Assembly: GCA_900696525.1 (NCBI GenBank)
Contig: CAADGL010000004.1
Span: 32,471-96,470, forward strand
Length of the DNA: 64,000 nt
Source: an uncultured Planctomycetota bacterium
Lineage (GTDB): Bacteria; Planctomycetota; Phycisphaerae; UBA1845; Fen-1342
Direction of reading: 5' to 3'
The position numbers were made by a program, and so were the translations under genes. Below, one piece after another: positions 30,178-40,583 of this stretch; within the stretch, counting starts at the first letter, position 1, and each line of letters begins with the position of its first letter. Below the pieces are notes generated by a model. The model saw nothing but the letters and a program-made list of their open reading frames with translations, did no database searches and had not been told where the DNA came from.

Positions 30178-31725
30178 CTAACCGGTGTTCCCCGACGCGC
30201 CGCCGACGAGCGGGGAGGGGGCGCGTCCGATCGGGAGGCTGACGCTGACGCGCGTTCCGCGTCCGGGCTCGCTGTCGAGCTCCAGCTCGCCGCCGAGCGC
30301 GGCGACCGCGTGGCGGACGATGGCGAGTCCGAGCCCGGTGCCGCGTTCGTGTCCGGAGCGGGCGCGTTCGACCTGGTAGAAGCGCTCGAAGACGCGCTGG
30401 CGATCCTCCTCGGCGATGCCGCAGCCGGTATCCTCGACGACGAAATCGACCGACCCGGGCCGGGCGGTGAGCGCGATCCGCACCTGCCCGTCGGGCTCGG
30501 TGAATTTCACGGCGTTATCGACCAGGTTGTCGAGAATCAGCCGCAGCAGGTGCGGGTTGACGTACAGCGCCTCGTGCGGACAGGCCGCCCGGTCCACCTG
30601 CCAGCGCAGTCCCTTGGCCGCGATGCGCTCCGCGAAGCTCTGCCGCAGGTCCTCGAGCACCTCATTCACCGAGATTCGCCGCGGCGGGAAGCGGTGCGGC
30701 GACGACTCCAAGCGCGCCAGCTCGAGCAGATCGGAAGCCAGCGCCTCCAGCCGCGCGCTCTGCCGCTCGATCACGCCGATGAAGCGTTCGGCGGATTCGG
30801 CGTCGGTGGCGAGCGTCATGCGTTGCAGCGTCTCGACCGCGGCGCGGATGGTGGACAGGGGCGTTCTCAGTTCGTGCGAGGCGTTGGCGACGAAGTCGGT
30901 CTTGATCTCGATCGCGCGCGCCAGGGCGGTGACGTCGGTGAGCACCAGCAGCCGGCCGACATTGCCGGTCGAACTGTCTCCCTCCGTGTCGAGCAGCACC
31001 AGATCCGACGCGTGCGCCAGCAGGTGACGCACGCCCTCGTCGCCGTCGATCTGCACGCGCGCCTCCGCCAGGTGCGAATCCGCCTGGGCGGCGGCCGGCC
31101 GGCCGGCCGGGGGGGACGGAATCAGCAGGACCTGAAGGTCATGCTGCACGATGCAGCGTTCCACGGCCCTGCCGACCAGGTCCTGTCCGTTGTCGGCAGT
31201 CTGGAGATTCAACAGGCGCACGGCGGCGGGATTCACCAGCAGCAGCCGCCCGTCCGCATCCGACACGACAACGCCCTCGCGGAGCTGCTGGAGCAGCAGT
31301 TCGAGCGTGCGGCGCTGGCGGTCGATCGTCTTGTAGTTGCGCACCAGGCGGTCACGCATCCGGTTCAGGGCGCGGGCCAGCACCGCCAGCTCGTCATTGC
31401 CCGAAGTATCGGCCCGGGCCGAGAGGTCTCCACGAGAGAGGCTGCGCGCCGTGCGGATGATCTGCCGCAACGGCCGGGTCCACAGCCGCACCAGCCCGAG
31501 CGCCAGCAGCACCGTCGTCACGACGGCAATGCCGGCGACCTCCAGCAGCAGCCGGACCAGCGCCGGCCAATCCGCCGACAGGCTGCCCCCGGCGGAGGCG
31601 ACCTCGCGCGTGATGAGCACCGAGGCGGCCACCAGCGTGAGCGCCACCAGCAGCGCGTTCCCGATGAGCACTTTCCATGTCAGGCGCCCCAGCGCGAACA
31701 GTCGTCTGCTACGTCGGCGAGCCAT
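30178..31725 (-). CDS. PhoR-like sensor histidine kinase (TM-HAMP-PAS-HisKA-HATPase)
   Basis: H-box [15 protein letters not shown] boxes ([21 protein letters not shown]) and an N-terminal TM plus HAMP. ATG at 31725 preferred over GTG at 31758. Confidence 0.85.
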   Translation of the reverse strand: MARRRSRRLFALGRLTWKVLIGNALLVALTLVAASVLITREVASAGGSLSADWPALVRLLLEVAGIAVVTTVLLALGLVRLWTRPLRQIIRTARSLSRGDLSARADTSGNDELAVLARALNRMRDRLVRNYKTIDRQRRTLELLLQQLREGVVVSDADGRLLLVNPAAVRLLNLQTADNGQDLVGRAVERCIVQHDLQVLLIPSPPAGRPAAAQADSHLAEARVQIDGDEGVRHLLAHASDLVLLDTEGDSSTGNVGRLLVLTDVTALARAIEIKTDFVANASHELRTPLSTIRAAVETLQRMTLATDAESAERFIGVIERQSARLEALASDLLELARLESSPHRFPPRRISVNEVLEDLRQSFAERIAAKGLRWQVDRAACPHEALYVNPHLLRLILDNLVDNAVKFTEPDGQVRIALTARPGSVDFVVEDTGCGIAEEDRQRVFERFYQVERARSGHERGTGLGLAIVRHAVAALGGELELDSEPGRGTRVSVSLPIGRAPSPLVGGASGNTG

Positions 31726-32422
31726 TCTCGACCGGTTCCCGGAACGTGTAACCGACACCGCGAACCGTCTGGACCCACCCCGCCGCCTGGCCCAGCTTGC
31801 GGCGCAGGGCGGCGATATGGACGTCGATGGTGCGGTTCGTCACGGCCACACCGCTGCCGAGGACGCTGTCGATGAGCTGGTTGCGATCGAGCACGCGCCC
31901 GCGCGCCTGCATCAGCGCCGCCAGCACCCGGAACTCCGTCGCCGTGAGCTGCACCGCCGTGCCCTCGACCGTTACTTCGTGCCGGCTGCGATCAAGCACG
32001 ATCGGCCCGGAGCTCAGCGTCTCACCGTCCCGCTCGGCGGCCTCCCGGCGGCGAAGGACGGCGGCGATGCGCGCCAGCAGCAGCTTCATCGAGAACGGCT
32101 TGCTGATGTAGTCGTCGGCGCCCAGCGCAAACCCGACCAACTGGTCGGTTTCCTCGGCCTTGGCCGTCAGCATGATAATCGGAATATGCGCCGTCCGCGG
32201 GTCACGCTTCAGCCGAACGGCGACTTCGTCGCCCGGCGTCCGCGGCAGCATCCGATCAAGCAGGATCAGGTCGGGCGTTGACCGCCGAACCTCGGAGAGC
32301 ACGGCGCCGCCGTCGTTGAACTTGCGGCAGGAGTAGCCCTCTTTCTCGAGGTGGTAGCAGACGACCTCCGCGAGGTCGGCCTCGTCCTCTACAACCAGAA
32401 CTGACTTGCGGCTGCCTGACAT
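31709..32422 (-). CDS. OmpR/PhoB-family response regulator
   Basis: Receiver domain (VLVVEDE, DLILLD, IIMLTAK) plus a winged-helix output (LTATEFRVLAAL, VQTVRGVGY). ATG at 32422. Confidence 0.9.
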   Translation of the reverse strand: MSGSRKSVLVVEDEADLAEVVCYHLEKEGYSCRKFNDGGAVLSEVRRSTPDLILLDRMLPRTPGDEVAVRLKRDPRTAHIPIIMLTAKAEETDQLVGFALGADDYISKPFSMKLLLARIAAVLRRREAAERDGETLSSGPIVLDRSRHEVTVEGTAVQLTATEFRVLAALMQARGRVLDRNQLIDSVLGSGVAVTNRTIDVHIAALRRKLGQAAGWVQTVRGVGYTFREPVENGSPT

Positions 32423-32682
32423 CGCACGTCCTCGCGGCCAGACCGGGAGTTTCGTCATTGGCATTCAGTGTATGGCCGGCACGTTAGCGTTGGTAGTACA
32501 AAACGTTAACATAATGTTAAGACGGTGGCCCGGGATCGGGAGAACCTCACCCCGCCAGCCGCCGGTGCAGCCCCCTGATTCCCCGATTCTGGCGGGCGTC
32601 GTGCCGATCGGCCGAAGTTCGAATACAATGCAAGGCAGACGGTACGGCCGATTTCGACGTAGTCAGCTACAGGGGTCCATTG

Positions 32683-33129
32683 ATGAGTACAACGCCGAAC
32701 ATTGCCCAGGAAACCAGCACCGGAACCGAGAGCCCGGCCCGCCTCGTCGCCCGCGAGCGCGCCCGGAGCGTCGACGCCGGCCAGGGCGTCCAGCTCACCG
32801 CCCACGCGGCCGGGAAGATCAAGGAGATCCTCGAGAAGGACCAGCACCCGGCCTCGATGTACCTGTTCGTCGCCGTCAAGGGCGGCGGGTGCAGCGGCTT
32901 GCAGTACGTCCTGGACCTGCGCGACGAATCCGACCATCCGGTGAAGGACACCGACGAAATCTACCTGTCTAACGACATCGTCGTGGTCGTCGATCTCAAG
33001 AGCTACGTCGCCGGCAACCTCGAGGGCACCGTCATCGACTACCAGGAAGGGCTGATGGGCGCCGGGTTCACCTTCAACAACCCCAACGCCAAGCACTCCT
33101 GCGGGTGCGGCAGCAGCTACACGCCCTGA
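32683..33129 (+). CDS. Iron-sulfur cluster insertion protein (IscA/ErpA/HesB family)
   Basis: GGGCSGLQY and the C-terminal CGCGSS motif. ATG at 32683 (the track ORF starts at TTG 32680). Confidence 0.88.
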   Translation: MSTTPNIAQETSTGTESPARLVARERARSVDAGQGVQLTAHAAGKIKEILEKDQHPASMYLFVAVKGGGCSGLQYVLDLRDESDHPVKDTDEIYLSNDIVVVVDLKSYVAGNLEGTVIDYQEGLMGAGFTFNNPNAKHSCGCGSSYTP

Positions 33130-33207
33130 CACGCGGCGGCTCTTGCCGGGGCTTGCGACACCGTCCGTGCCCGGCGGCGCAGGCCCGTCGTTGGTGGGGG
33201 GGGGCGC

Positions 33208-35523
33208 ATGCGCAGGCGCTCGAACCAGGTTCGCAGGTCACCGCTCCTGTGGCTCGCGGGGGCATGGGTGGCGGCTGCGCCGCTCGTCGCCCAGCATGCC
33301 ACGCCGCTCGGACGATACCAGCTCACGCTCTCCGACATTCCCGACCCGGTGGCCAGCGCCTTTGCCCCGGATGGCCGCCTGTACGTCGCGTCGCCGCGCG
33401 GCTCGGTGCTGATCTTCGACGCGCTCGGGCGACGCCTGGGAGCCCTCGGCACGGGCGCGCCGCTTGGTCCGCGCGGCGTGGCCGTGGCGGAGGACGGCGC
33501 CGTCTTTGTGACGGATGGCGCTGCCGACCGTGTCGTCGTTTTCTCACCGGATGGCGCGCTGAAAGCCAACTGGGGTCGGCGCGGGCGCGCGCCGGGTGAG
33601 TTCTGCGAGCCGGGTGCGATCACCGTCGCCGCCGGCCGCGTTTACGTGCTCGACGCCGGAAACGCCCGCGTGCAGGTCTTTGACCGCGACGGGCAAGTGG
33701 TGCGGGTGCTTGACGCTCCGCCAAACGTGGCGGGTTTGCGGGCGGAGTGGTCGGGGCTGGCCGCGGATGCCGACGGGGCAATCTTCGTCACGGACGTGGC
33801 GTCGCATCGTGTCCAGCGTCTCGACGCGGAGGGCCGGCCCCTGGATGGGTGGGGCGACTGGGGTTCGCACCGTGGCCTGCTGGCCAGCCCGCTCGGCCTG
33901 GCACTGAGCGGCGGGCAGGTGTTCGTGGCGGATGCGTTCAACCACCGCATCCAGGTCTTCTCCGCCGCCGGAAGCCCGCAGTACGAATGGGGTCTGCACG
34001 TGCTGCGTCCGCACGAGGGCGAGGGGCGTCTGCACTACCCGGCGCACGTTGCCATCTCGCCCGACGGCGCCCTGGCGGCGGTTTGTGAGCCGCTCGAGGA
34101 TCGCGTGCAGCTCTTCGGGCGGATGGCGCCCGGCGAGCCTTTCCCGGAGCGCCTGCTCGAAGGGCCCGATCCGAGCGCTCACTACGGCCAGCGGTTCGCG
34201 GTCAGCGGTGACTGCCTGGCGATCGTCGAGCCCGAGGGGCAGGCCGTCCAGCTCTACGACGCGTCGCGCGGCACGCCGATCAACATCACGACGATCGGCC
34301 ACTACGGGTCCAAGCCGGGCCAGCTCTCCAACCCCCGCGACGTTGTGCTCGACGCGGCCGGCGGCGAGCTGCTCGTGCTCGACGCCGGAAACCGGCGCAT
34401 TCAGCAGTTCCGCGTCGACCTGGCGCCACAGGCCGAGGTGGCGTACTCGCTGCGCATCAGCCGACTTGAGCGCTGCGTGTCGTACGCCGCGATCGAGCGC
34501 CAGCTCGATCCGCCGTTGACGTGGCCGCTCGATCCGGCGGCGCTTGATCGCGGCGCGGATGGGCGCCTGTTCCTGCTGGATGGGCGCAACGCGCGCGTGA
34601 TCGTGCTCGACGCTGCCTGGCGTGTTACGGCGAGTTTCGGCCGGCGCGGGGCCGCGTCGGGCGAGTTGATGCGCCCGGTCGACCTGGCGCTGACGCCGGA
34701 CGGGCGGCGGGTACTGGTCGTTGACGCGGGGCGGCGCAGCGTCGAGTTCTTCGATCCGGAGGGCCGGCACAGCGACAGTTGGGGTGGCCGCGGCCTGGGA
34801 CTGGTCGAGCCGGCCGGCGTCGCGGCGCTGCAAGACGGCGTGGTGGTGGTGGATCGTGGCGCCGACGCCGTCCTGCGGCTTGACTGGCAGGGGCGCGAGT
34901 TGGCGCGCTGGGGCGGGCGCGGGGTTGAAGCCGGGCAGTTCTTCAAACCGACGGCGGCCGGCATCGACGCGCGCGGCCGGCTGATCGTGCTCGACCACGG
35001 CAATCATCGCGGGCAGTACTTCACCGCCGACGGGCGGTTCCTGCACGCGTTCGGCGCGCGGCTGTACGTGCTGCCGGCGCGTGCGGCGGGCCGGTTGACG
35101 GGGTCGCGCCAGGCGGCGGGCGCGGCGCCGACGACGCAGCCCGCCGATCCGTGGCCCGGTGCGGATATGCGGCCGGTGCGCGCGGACGTGCTGCGCGCCT
35201 GGAGCGCCGGCGGGAGGTACTTTGTTACGGCTGTTCCGAGCGTTTCGCCGTTGCCGCTGAACGAGCCGTTCGAGCTCGAGCTGCGGGTGACCCCGGGGGA
35301 CGAGTGGACGCGGCCGCTGGCGGACGTGGCGGTGCAGGTTGATGCGGACATGCCGGAGCACCGCCACGGCATGAACACGCGACCGCGGCTCCAGCGCGGC
35401 GAGCACGGCGTGATTCACGTCGAGGGGATGCTGCTGCACATGCCGGGGTACTGGGAGATCTACGTGGACGTGACGCGCGACGGCGTGACGGAGCGGGCGC
35501 AGTTCGGGCTTATGGTCGACTGA
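33208..35523 (+). CDS. Secreted NHL-repeat beta-propeller protein with a YtkA/FixH-like C-terminal domain
   Basis: Signal peptide. Repeated NHL-like units (G.F..P.G.A.D..G...V.D..N.R.Q.F). The C-terminus (MPEHRHGM ... MPGYWEIYVDV) resembles YtkA/FixH-type Ig-fold domains; that assignment is tentative. Confidence 0.78.
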   Translation: MRRRSNQVRRSPLLWLAGAWVAAAPLVAQHATPLGRYQLTLSDIPDPVASAFAPDGRLYVASPRGSVLIFDALGRRLGALGTGAPLGPRGVAVAEDGAVFVTDGAADRVVVFSPDGALKANWGRRGRAPGEFCEPGAITVAAGRVYVLDAGNARVQVFDRDGQVVRVLDAPPNVAGLRAEWSGLAADADGAIFVTDVASHRVQRLDAEGRPLDGWGDWGSHRGLLASPLGLALSGGQVFVADAFNHRIQVFSAAGSPQYEWGLHVLRPHEGEGRLHYPAHVAISPDGALAAVCEPLEDRVQLFGRMAPGEPFPERLLEGPDPSAHYGQRFAVSGDCLAIVEPEGQAVQLYDASRGTPINITTIGHYGSKPGQLSNPRDVVLDAAGGELLVLDAGNRRIQQFRVDLAPQAEVAYSLRISRLERCVSYAAIERQLDPPLTWPLDPAALDRGADGRLFLLDGRNARVIVLDAAWRVTASFGRRGAASGELMRPVDLALTPDGRRVLVVDAGRRSVEFFDPEGRHSDSWGGRGLGLVEPAGVAALQDGVVVVDRGADAVLRLDWQGRELARWGGRGVEAGQFFKPTAAGIDARGRLIVLDHGNHRGQYFTADGRFLHAFGARLYVLPARAAGRLTGSRQAAGAAPTTQPADPWPGADMRPVRADVLRAWSAGGRYFVTAVPSVSPLPLNEPFELELRVTPGDEWTRPLADVAVQVDADMPEHRHGMNTRPRLQRGEHGVIHVEGMLLHMPGYWEIYVDVTRDGVTERAQFGLMVD

Positions 35524-35538
35524 GCGCCGGCGTCGCGG

Positions 35539-37590
35539 TCAGGGCTGGTGGATCGCCTCACCGCGGCGCAGGCGGGCGAGCACGCGCTGCATTTCACCCG
35601 CGGATGCGACGAGTTCGAGCGACGGCCCGAGCCGCGCGGCCTCTTCGGCGGTCTGCGCGGCCTCGGCGTTCCGTCCGGCGGCCGCCTGGGCCGCGGCGAG
35701 CGCGAGCAGGTGGTCGGCGTTGGCGCGGCGGGAGCGCGCGACGGCGGACTGGGCCAGTCGCAGGGCCTCGTGCGGATCGCGCAGGGCCGCGTCGGAGGTC
35801 GTGGCCAGGACGAAGGCGAGGGCGCATTCGGCTTCGGCGCTGCCGGGGGAGCGCCGGAGAACTTCGCGGCAGGCTTCGATGGCGGTTGCGGGCTGGCCCG
35901 CGGCGCGCGCCAGGCGCGCCATTGCCATCAGCGGCTGGATCTCGCGCGGGCGCAGGCGCGCGACCTCGCGCGTCTGGGTGACCGCCTCGGCCAGGTTGCC
36001 CAGTTGAGCGTGCGCTTCGGCCAGCAGGGCGTGCGCCTCCCAGCGCTCCGGGGCCGCGGCGAGCGCATCGTGCAGGTGGGGCAGGGCCGCGGCCGTCCGC
36101 CCGCGCTGCATCAGCACATTTCCCAGGTTCAGGTGCGCGTCGAAGTTGTTCGGGTCAAGCCGGGCGGCGGCGCTGAACTGCTCGATGGCGTGGGAAACGC
36201 GCTGCGCGCCGACGAGCGCCGCGCCGTAGGCCACGCGCAGCCCGGAGTCGTCAGGAGCGTCCGCCACCAGTGCCGGCCAGATTTCGAGCGCTCGCGCGAA
36301 CTGCTGCCGTACGGTCAGCCGGCGCGCCAGCGCCTCGCGCGCCTCGCGCGAGGCCGGGCTGTCCGCCGCCGCACGCGACCAGAACGTCACGTCGTCGCGA
36401 TACGCCGGCACGCGCAGGAAGGTCAACGCGGCCAGCCCCAAGACGCACGCGGCGCCCAGGCCCTTCAGCACGGCGCCGAGCTCCGGACGGGCCGCGCGCA
36501 GCCGCTCCAGCCCGATTCCCGCCAGCAGCGCCAGCCCGACCGACGCCAGGTATATGAAATGATCTGACACCGGCGCGTAGCGCAGGTATCCGAACTCCAG
36601 CAGGCCAATCACCGGCGCCAGCGACACCGCGAAGTGCGCCAGGCACCACAGCGGCAGGCCGCCGACGCGCCGCCGCTGCCACGCCAGCAGCGCCACGGCG
36701 ATCACGATGATTGCGGGGGGCGTCAGCCAGGGCCACGTGAGCGCGATGTCCCACTTCGGGTACAGCACGCGCAGCTCAAGCGGCCAGAAGAACTCCCGCA
36801 GGTAGAGCAGCAGGGCCCAGGCGGCGTGCAGCGGCCGCAGCGGCCAGGGTTCGGCGTAGGTCTTGCTTCCTTCGCTCCATTCCTCAGATGCCGTGACGCC
36901 CGCGAGGACGGCTGCGGCCACCACGGCGGGAACGAGCGCCAGCAGCGGCCGAATGCCGCGCTTGCCCAGCACGAGCCAATCGAGCAGCGCGAGTGAGGCG
37001 ACGAGCGTGATGACGGCAGACTTGCTGAGCAGCGCGGCGAGCATGAACGCGACAAAGGCGCCGTAATGGCGCGGGCGGGCGGTCTGGCGGAACGCGACGT
37101 ACGTGTTCAGGGCCGCCAGCGCCAGCGCGGCGGAGAGCACGTTCTTGGTCGAGGCCAGCCACGCCACGGACACGACGTGCATCGGGTGCGTGGCGAAGAC
37201 GCCTGCGGCCAGCCACGCCGCCGCCGGCCCGAGGCCCAGGCGCCGCGCCAGCGTGAACAGGAGCACGCTGGCCGTCGCGTGCAGCGCGACGTTGAGCGCC
37301 AGGTATCCGACGGGCAGCGCGCCCCACAGGCGGAACCCCAGCCAGTAGAGCGTGTAGGTCAGCGGGTAGAACTTGCGGACCGGGTCAGCGTTCGGGGTCC
37401 AGATCGTCGCCAGGCCCGCCGGGTCGTGCAGGGCCGGGTTGTCGGCGATGAAGTACACGTCGTCCCAGTGAACGTACGTGTTGTTGATGCCCGAGATGTA
37501 GCACGCGAGCACCAGCGCCGGCAGCCCCAGCAGCGGCGCCAAGCCGAGCCGAGGCGACGGCGCTAGCTGTTCCCCTGCGGACGGGTTCAT
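35539..37590 (-). CDS. TMTC/DUF1736-like polytopic membrane protein with C-terminal TPR repeats
   Basis: ATG at 37590 (MNPSAGEQ). N-terminal motif YVHWDDVYFIADNP, about 10 TM segments and C-terminal TPR repeats. Its ATG overlaps the upstream paralog's stop (ATGA). Confidence 0.75.
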   Translation of the reverse strand: MNPSAGEQLAPSPRLGLAPLLGLPALVLACYISGINNTYVHWDDVYFIADNPALHDPAGLATIWTPNADPVRKFYPLTYTLYWLGFRLWGALPVGYLALNVALHATASVLLFTLARRLGLGPAAAWLAAGVFATHPMHVVSVAWLASTKNVLSAALALAALNTYVAFRQTARPRHYGAFVAFMLAALLSKSAVITLVASLALLDWLVLGKRGIRPLLALVPAVVAAAVLAGVTASEEWSEGSKTYAEPWPLRPLHAAWALLLYLREFFWPLELRVLYPKWDIALTWPWLTPPAIIVIAVALLAWQRRRVGGLPLWCLAHFAVSLAPVIGLLEFGYLRYAPVSDHFIYLASVGLALLAGIGLERLRAARPELGAVLKGLGAACVLGLAALTFLRVPAYRDDVTFWSRAAADSPASREAREALARRLTVRQQFARALEIWPALVADAPDDSGLRVAYGAALVGAQRVSHAIEQFSAAARLDPNNFDAHLNLGNVLMQRGRTAAALPHLHDALAAAPERWEAHALLAEAHAQLGNLAEAVTQTREVARLRPREIQPLMAMARLARAAGQPATAIEACREVLRRSPGSAEAECALAFVLATTSDAALRDPHEALRLAQSAVARSRRANADHLLALAAAQAAAGRNAEAAQTAEEAARLGPSLELVASAGEMQRVLARLRRGEAIHQP

Positions 37591-39713
37591 GGATGGTTCA
37601 ACGGCTGCGAGCGACGGAACTGGGAAATCGCCTGTTCGATCTCGGCCGCAAGCGCCCGGTCGCCGGCGGCGCGGGCGACCTGCGCCGCCTGGGCGGCGGC
37701 GTCGAGCGCCTGGTCGAAGCGGCCGGCGGCGGCGTGAGCGGCGGCGAGGGCGAAGACCGGCCGCGCCTGCGCACCCTGCGTGGCCCGGACGGCCATTTCG
37801 GCGAGCTTGACGGCTTCGCCGGGCCGGCGCTGGCCGGCGTCGGGCGCGGTGGCCAGCAGCCAGGCCAGCTCGGTTTGGGCCGCCGGCCAGTTCGGGCGGA
37901 GGCGCAGCGCGGCGTCGCACGCCCGCACGGCCTCGTCGTGCTCGCCGGCGCGCGCCGCCGTGTGCGCCAGCGCCAGTTGCAGGTCCGGGTTATACGAATA
38001 GGCCTCGACGGCGCGGCGGGCGTGCTGATGGGCGGACTTGTAATCGCCGGCGCGGACGTAGAGCTCGGTCAGAACGTTGCGCGCTTCCCAGTAATCGGGG
38101 CGCAGGCGAGCGGCCTCCTCCAGGTGCCGGATCGCTGCGTTGCCCTGGCCGCGGCGATAGAGCGTGAAGCCGAGGTTGAAGTGCGCCGGAGCGAAGTTCG
38201 GATCGAGGGCGATGGCGCGCTCGAAGGCGGCGATGGCCTCGGCCGTGCGGCCGAGCTCGCTCAGCGCCGCGCCGTAGTTGCTGTGGTCCTGGGCGCTGTT
38301 GGGGTCGTCGGCGGGCCGCGCGGCGATCACCTGGCGCCACACAGGCAGCGCCTCTTCGAACCGCCGTTCGTCGTTGTACGACTGCGCCAGCCGGCGCCGG
38401 GCGAACTCGTAATCCGGATTGCCCGCCAGCGTGTGCGACCAGAACGCCACCGGCCCGTCCCAGACCGGCACGCGCTGAAGCGTCAGCCAACCCAGCGCGG
38501 CGCAAGCGGCCGCGCCCGCCGCATACACGCCGATCGCCCGCGGCGTCCAGCCGCGCACGGCCGCTCCGGCGAGCCTCTCGGCCGCCCACGCCGCCGCGAT
38601 CACCGGTCCGACCGCCGCCAGGTACACGAAGTGGTCGGCCAGCGGCGCGTGGTAGAGATATCCGAACGCGGCGATTCCCGAGACGGGCAGCAGGGTGATG
38701 AGGAAATGGACGCCGCACCACTGCACGACGCCGCCTATCCTGCGCCGCAGCAGCCAGGCCGTCACCAGCACGAGCAGCAGGGCGGCCAGGGGGGCGATCC
38801 ACACCGGCGACCACTCGACGTGCCAGCGCGGGTAGATCGTGCGCAGGTCGAGCGGCCAGGCGAGCTTCAGCAGGTATTGCCACAGCGCGCTGGCGACCGC
38901 GAGCGGACGCAAGGGCCAGGGCTCGGCGAACGTATGGCCGGCGGCGTGCTCCTGGCCGGACTTGATCCAGACCAGCACGGCGCCCGCGACCATCATTGGC
39001 AGCAGCGGCCACACGGTTTTCCAGCCGCGGCGGCGGAGGATGAGCCAGTCGGCGGCCAGCATCGAGGCGGGCATGGTCATGACGGCGGTCTTGCTGAGCA
39101 GTCCGGCGAGCATGTAGACGAGCGACAGGCGGTACGGCCCCAGCCGGCCGTCGCGGCAGTACTTCAGGTAGGCGATCAGCGCCGCCAGCGAGAACAGCGT
39201 GCCGAGCAGGTTCTTTCGCTCCGCCAGCCAGGCGACGGACGCCGCGAGCATCGGGTGCAGCGCGAACAGCAGGCTGGCGAGCCACGCGGCCCGTGCGCCG
39301 AGCCCCAGCGTCCGCACCAGCGCGAACACGAGCAGGGCGTTGGCCGCGTGCAGCAGGACGTTGATCGCGTACGTTCCCGGCGGCCAGGCCCACCAGACGC
39401 GGAACTCGAGCCAGTGGGTCGTGTGCGTGACCGGGTAGTAGTTGCGGATCGGGTCCGGCCGGGTCCAGATGTCCATCAGCCCGCGGCCCGAGTGCAGGTC
39501 CGGGTTGTCGCGGATGAAGATGTCGTCGTCCCAGTTGACGTACTGCTTGGGCTTTTCGAACGTCCCAAAGCCGGGGAGATACACCGCCACCACCAGCAGC
39601 GGAATGACCAGCAGCGCGGCCCAGCCTACCCGCGGCGCCGCCGGCCGAGCCCGCTCCGCAGCCGGGGCTGATGCGCTCGCCGCGCTCGACGAATTGTCCG
39701 TCTCCGACGGCAT
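37587..39713 (-). CDS. TMTC/DUF1736-like polytopic membrane protein with C-terminal TPR repeats (paralog)
   Basis: Same architecture as 35539-37590 (YVNWDDDIFIRDNP, multiple TM segments, TPR repeats). Confidence 0.75.
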   Translation of the reverse strand: MPSETDNSSSAASASAPAAERARPAAPRVGWAALLVIPLLVVAVYLPGFGTFEKPKQYVNWDDDIFIRDNPDLHSGRGLMDIWTRPDPIRNYYPVTHTTHWLEFRVWWAWPPGTYAINVLLHAANALLVFALVRTLGLGARAAWLASLLFALHPMLAASVAWLAERKNLLGTLFSLAALIAYLKYCRDGRLGPYRLSLVYMLAGLLSKTAVMTMPASMLAADWLILRRRGWKTVWPLLPMMVAGAVLVWIKSGQEHAAGHTFAEPWPLRPLAVASALWQYLLKLAWPLDLRTIYPRWHVEWSPVWIAPLAALLLVLVTAWLLRRRIGGVVQWCGVHFLITLLPVSGIAAFGYLYHAPLADHFVYLAAVGPVIAAAWAAERLAGAAVRGWTPRAIGVYAAGAAACAALGWLTLQRVPVWDGPVAFWSHTLAGNPDYEFARRRLAQSYNDERRFEEALPVWRQVIAARPADDPNSAQDHSNYGAALSELGRTAEAIAAFERAIALDPNFAPAHFNLGFTLYRRGQGNAAIRHLEEAARLRPDYWEARNVLTELYVRAGDYKSAHQHARRAVEAYSYNPDLQLALAHTAARAGEHDEAVRACDAALRLRPNWPAAQTELAWLLATAPDAGQRRPGEAVKLAEMAVRATQGAQARPVFALAAAHAAAGRFDQALDAAAQAAQVARAAGDRALAAEIEQAISQFRRSQPLNHP

Positions 39714-39745
39714 CGGCCGTACGCTAGAAGCCGCCTACCGGCTCG

Positions 39746-40564
39746 TCAAACGGGTCGCTCCGCGGTGCTCGCCGGGTCCTGTCCATAGAACGTCGCGAGC
39801 TGCGCGTACAGCTCGGCGTGGCGGCGGCGCAGCTCGACCGGTTGCTCAAAAAAGCACTCGGTCGCCACGGCGAACAGCTCCGCCGGGTTCGTTGCGCCGT
39901 AGGGATCGAGCAAGGTCGGCTGGCCGGCGTCGGCGGCGGCGCGCAGCCGCTGGAGCTCGCCGGAGAAGACGCGGGCCCACTCCGCGGCGCGCTGCCGGGT
40001 CTCGAGCGGCGGCGTGCCGTCGATCAGGCCGTTGAGGAAATCGAGCGCGTGGGCGTACTCGTGGAGGATGAGGTTGCGACCGCGGCGGTGGGCCGGCGGG
40101 GCGTCGATGGTGCTCCAGGCCAGCCGGATGGGTCCGCGGTAGATGGCCTGGCCGAGGTTGCTCTCCCGGATTTCGTAGCGTTGGCCGTCGGGGCCGACGG
40201 CCTGGACGACCTGGCCGAAGTCGCGGGCGTGGATGATCACGTCCGGGTTGCGCGGGAACAGGCCGTGCTGCGGCAGGCCGAGCAGAAGCAGGCAGGCCGT
40301 CCCGGCGACCACGACCTTCATCTCCTCCGTCACCGCGATGCCGTTGCCCCAGAAGCGTTTCGTTGCGATGAAGCGCTGCGCGAGCCGCAGCAGCTCCTCG
40401 CGCTGGGGATCCGGCAGCCGCGCGAAGAACGTCGTCCGCGCCGCCAGCAGATCGGCCCAGGCGGCGGGCGGCGGCCCGGCGGCTTTCGGCCGCAGCGCGT
40501 CAAGGATACGTCTCAGGAGCTTCATCGGCGATCCGTTGCGGAGCGGGGTCGCAGCGTCGGGCAT
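39746..40564 (-). CDS. mtfA: MtfA-like zinc metallopeptidase (M90 family)
   Basis: HEYAHALD zinc motif and the conserved downstream NPAELFAVATECFFEQP, typical of MtfA. An alternative start ATG lies at 40525. Confidence 0.75.
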   Translation of the reverse strand: MPDAATPLRNGSPMKLLRRILDALRPKAAGPPPAAWADLLAARTTFFARLPDPQREELLRLAQRFIATKRFWGNGIAVTEEMKVVVAGTACLLLLGLPQHGLFPRNPDVIIHARDFGQVVQAVGPDGQRYEIRESNLGQAIYRGPIRLAWSTIDAPPAHRRGRNLILHEYAHALDFLNGLIDGTPPLETRQRAAEWARVFSGELQRLRAAADAGQPTLLDPYGATNPAELFAVATECFFEQPVELRRRHAELYAQLATFYGQDPASTAERPV

Positions 40565-40583
40565 TGCTCGCAGCCGACGGCGC

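Noticed and set aside
32600-32640. tRNA-like T-loop sequence AGTTCGAATAC
   Set aside because: There are no flanking complementary T-stem, acceptor or anticodon arms. It lies in the AT-richer promoter region of the IscA-type gene.
33544-39671. Long ORFs 33544-35439 (-), 35548-36567 (+) and 37593-39671 (+), plus similar ones at 23861-25723 (+), 6243-7787 (-), 27589-29304 (+), 30139-31875 (+), 40791-42338 (+) and 50108-51634 (-)
   Set aside because: All are antisense or out of frame relative to genes with clear homology or membrane/TPR architecture. Their Arg/Gly/Pro-rich composition indicates GC-driven open frames.
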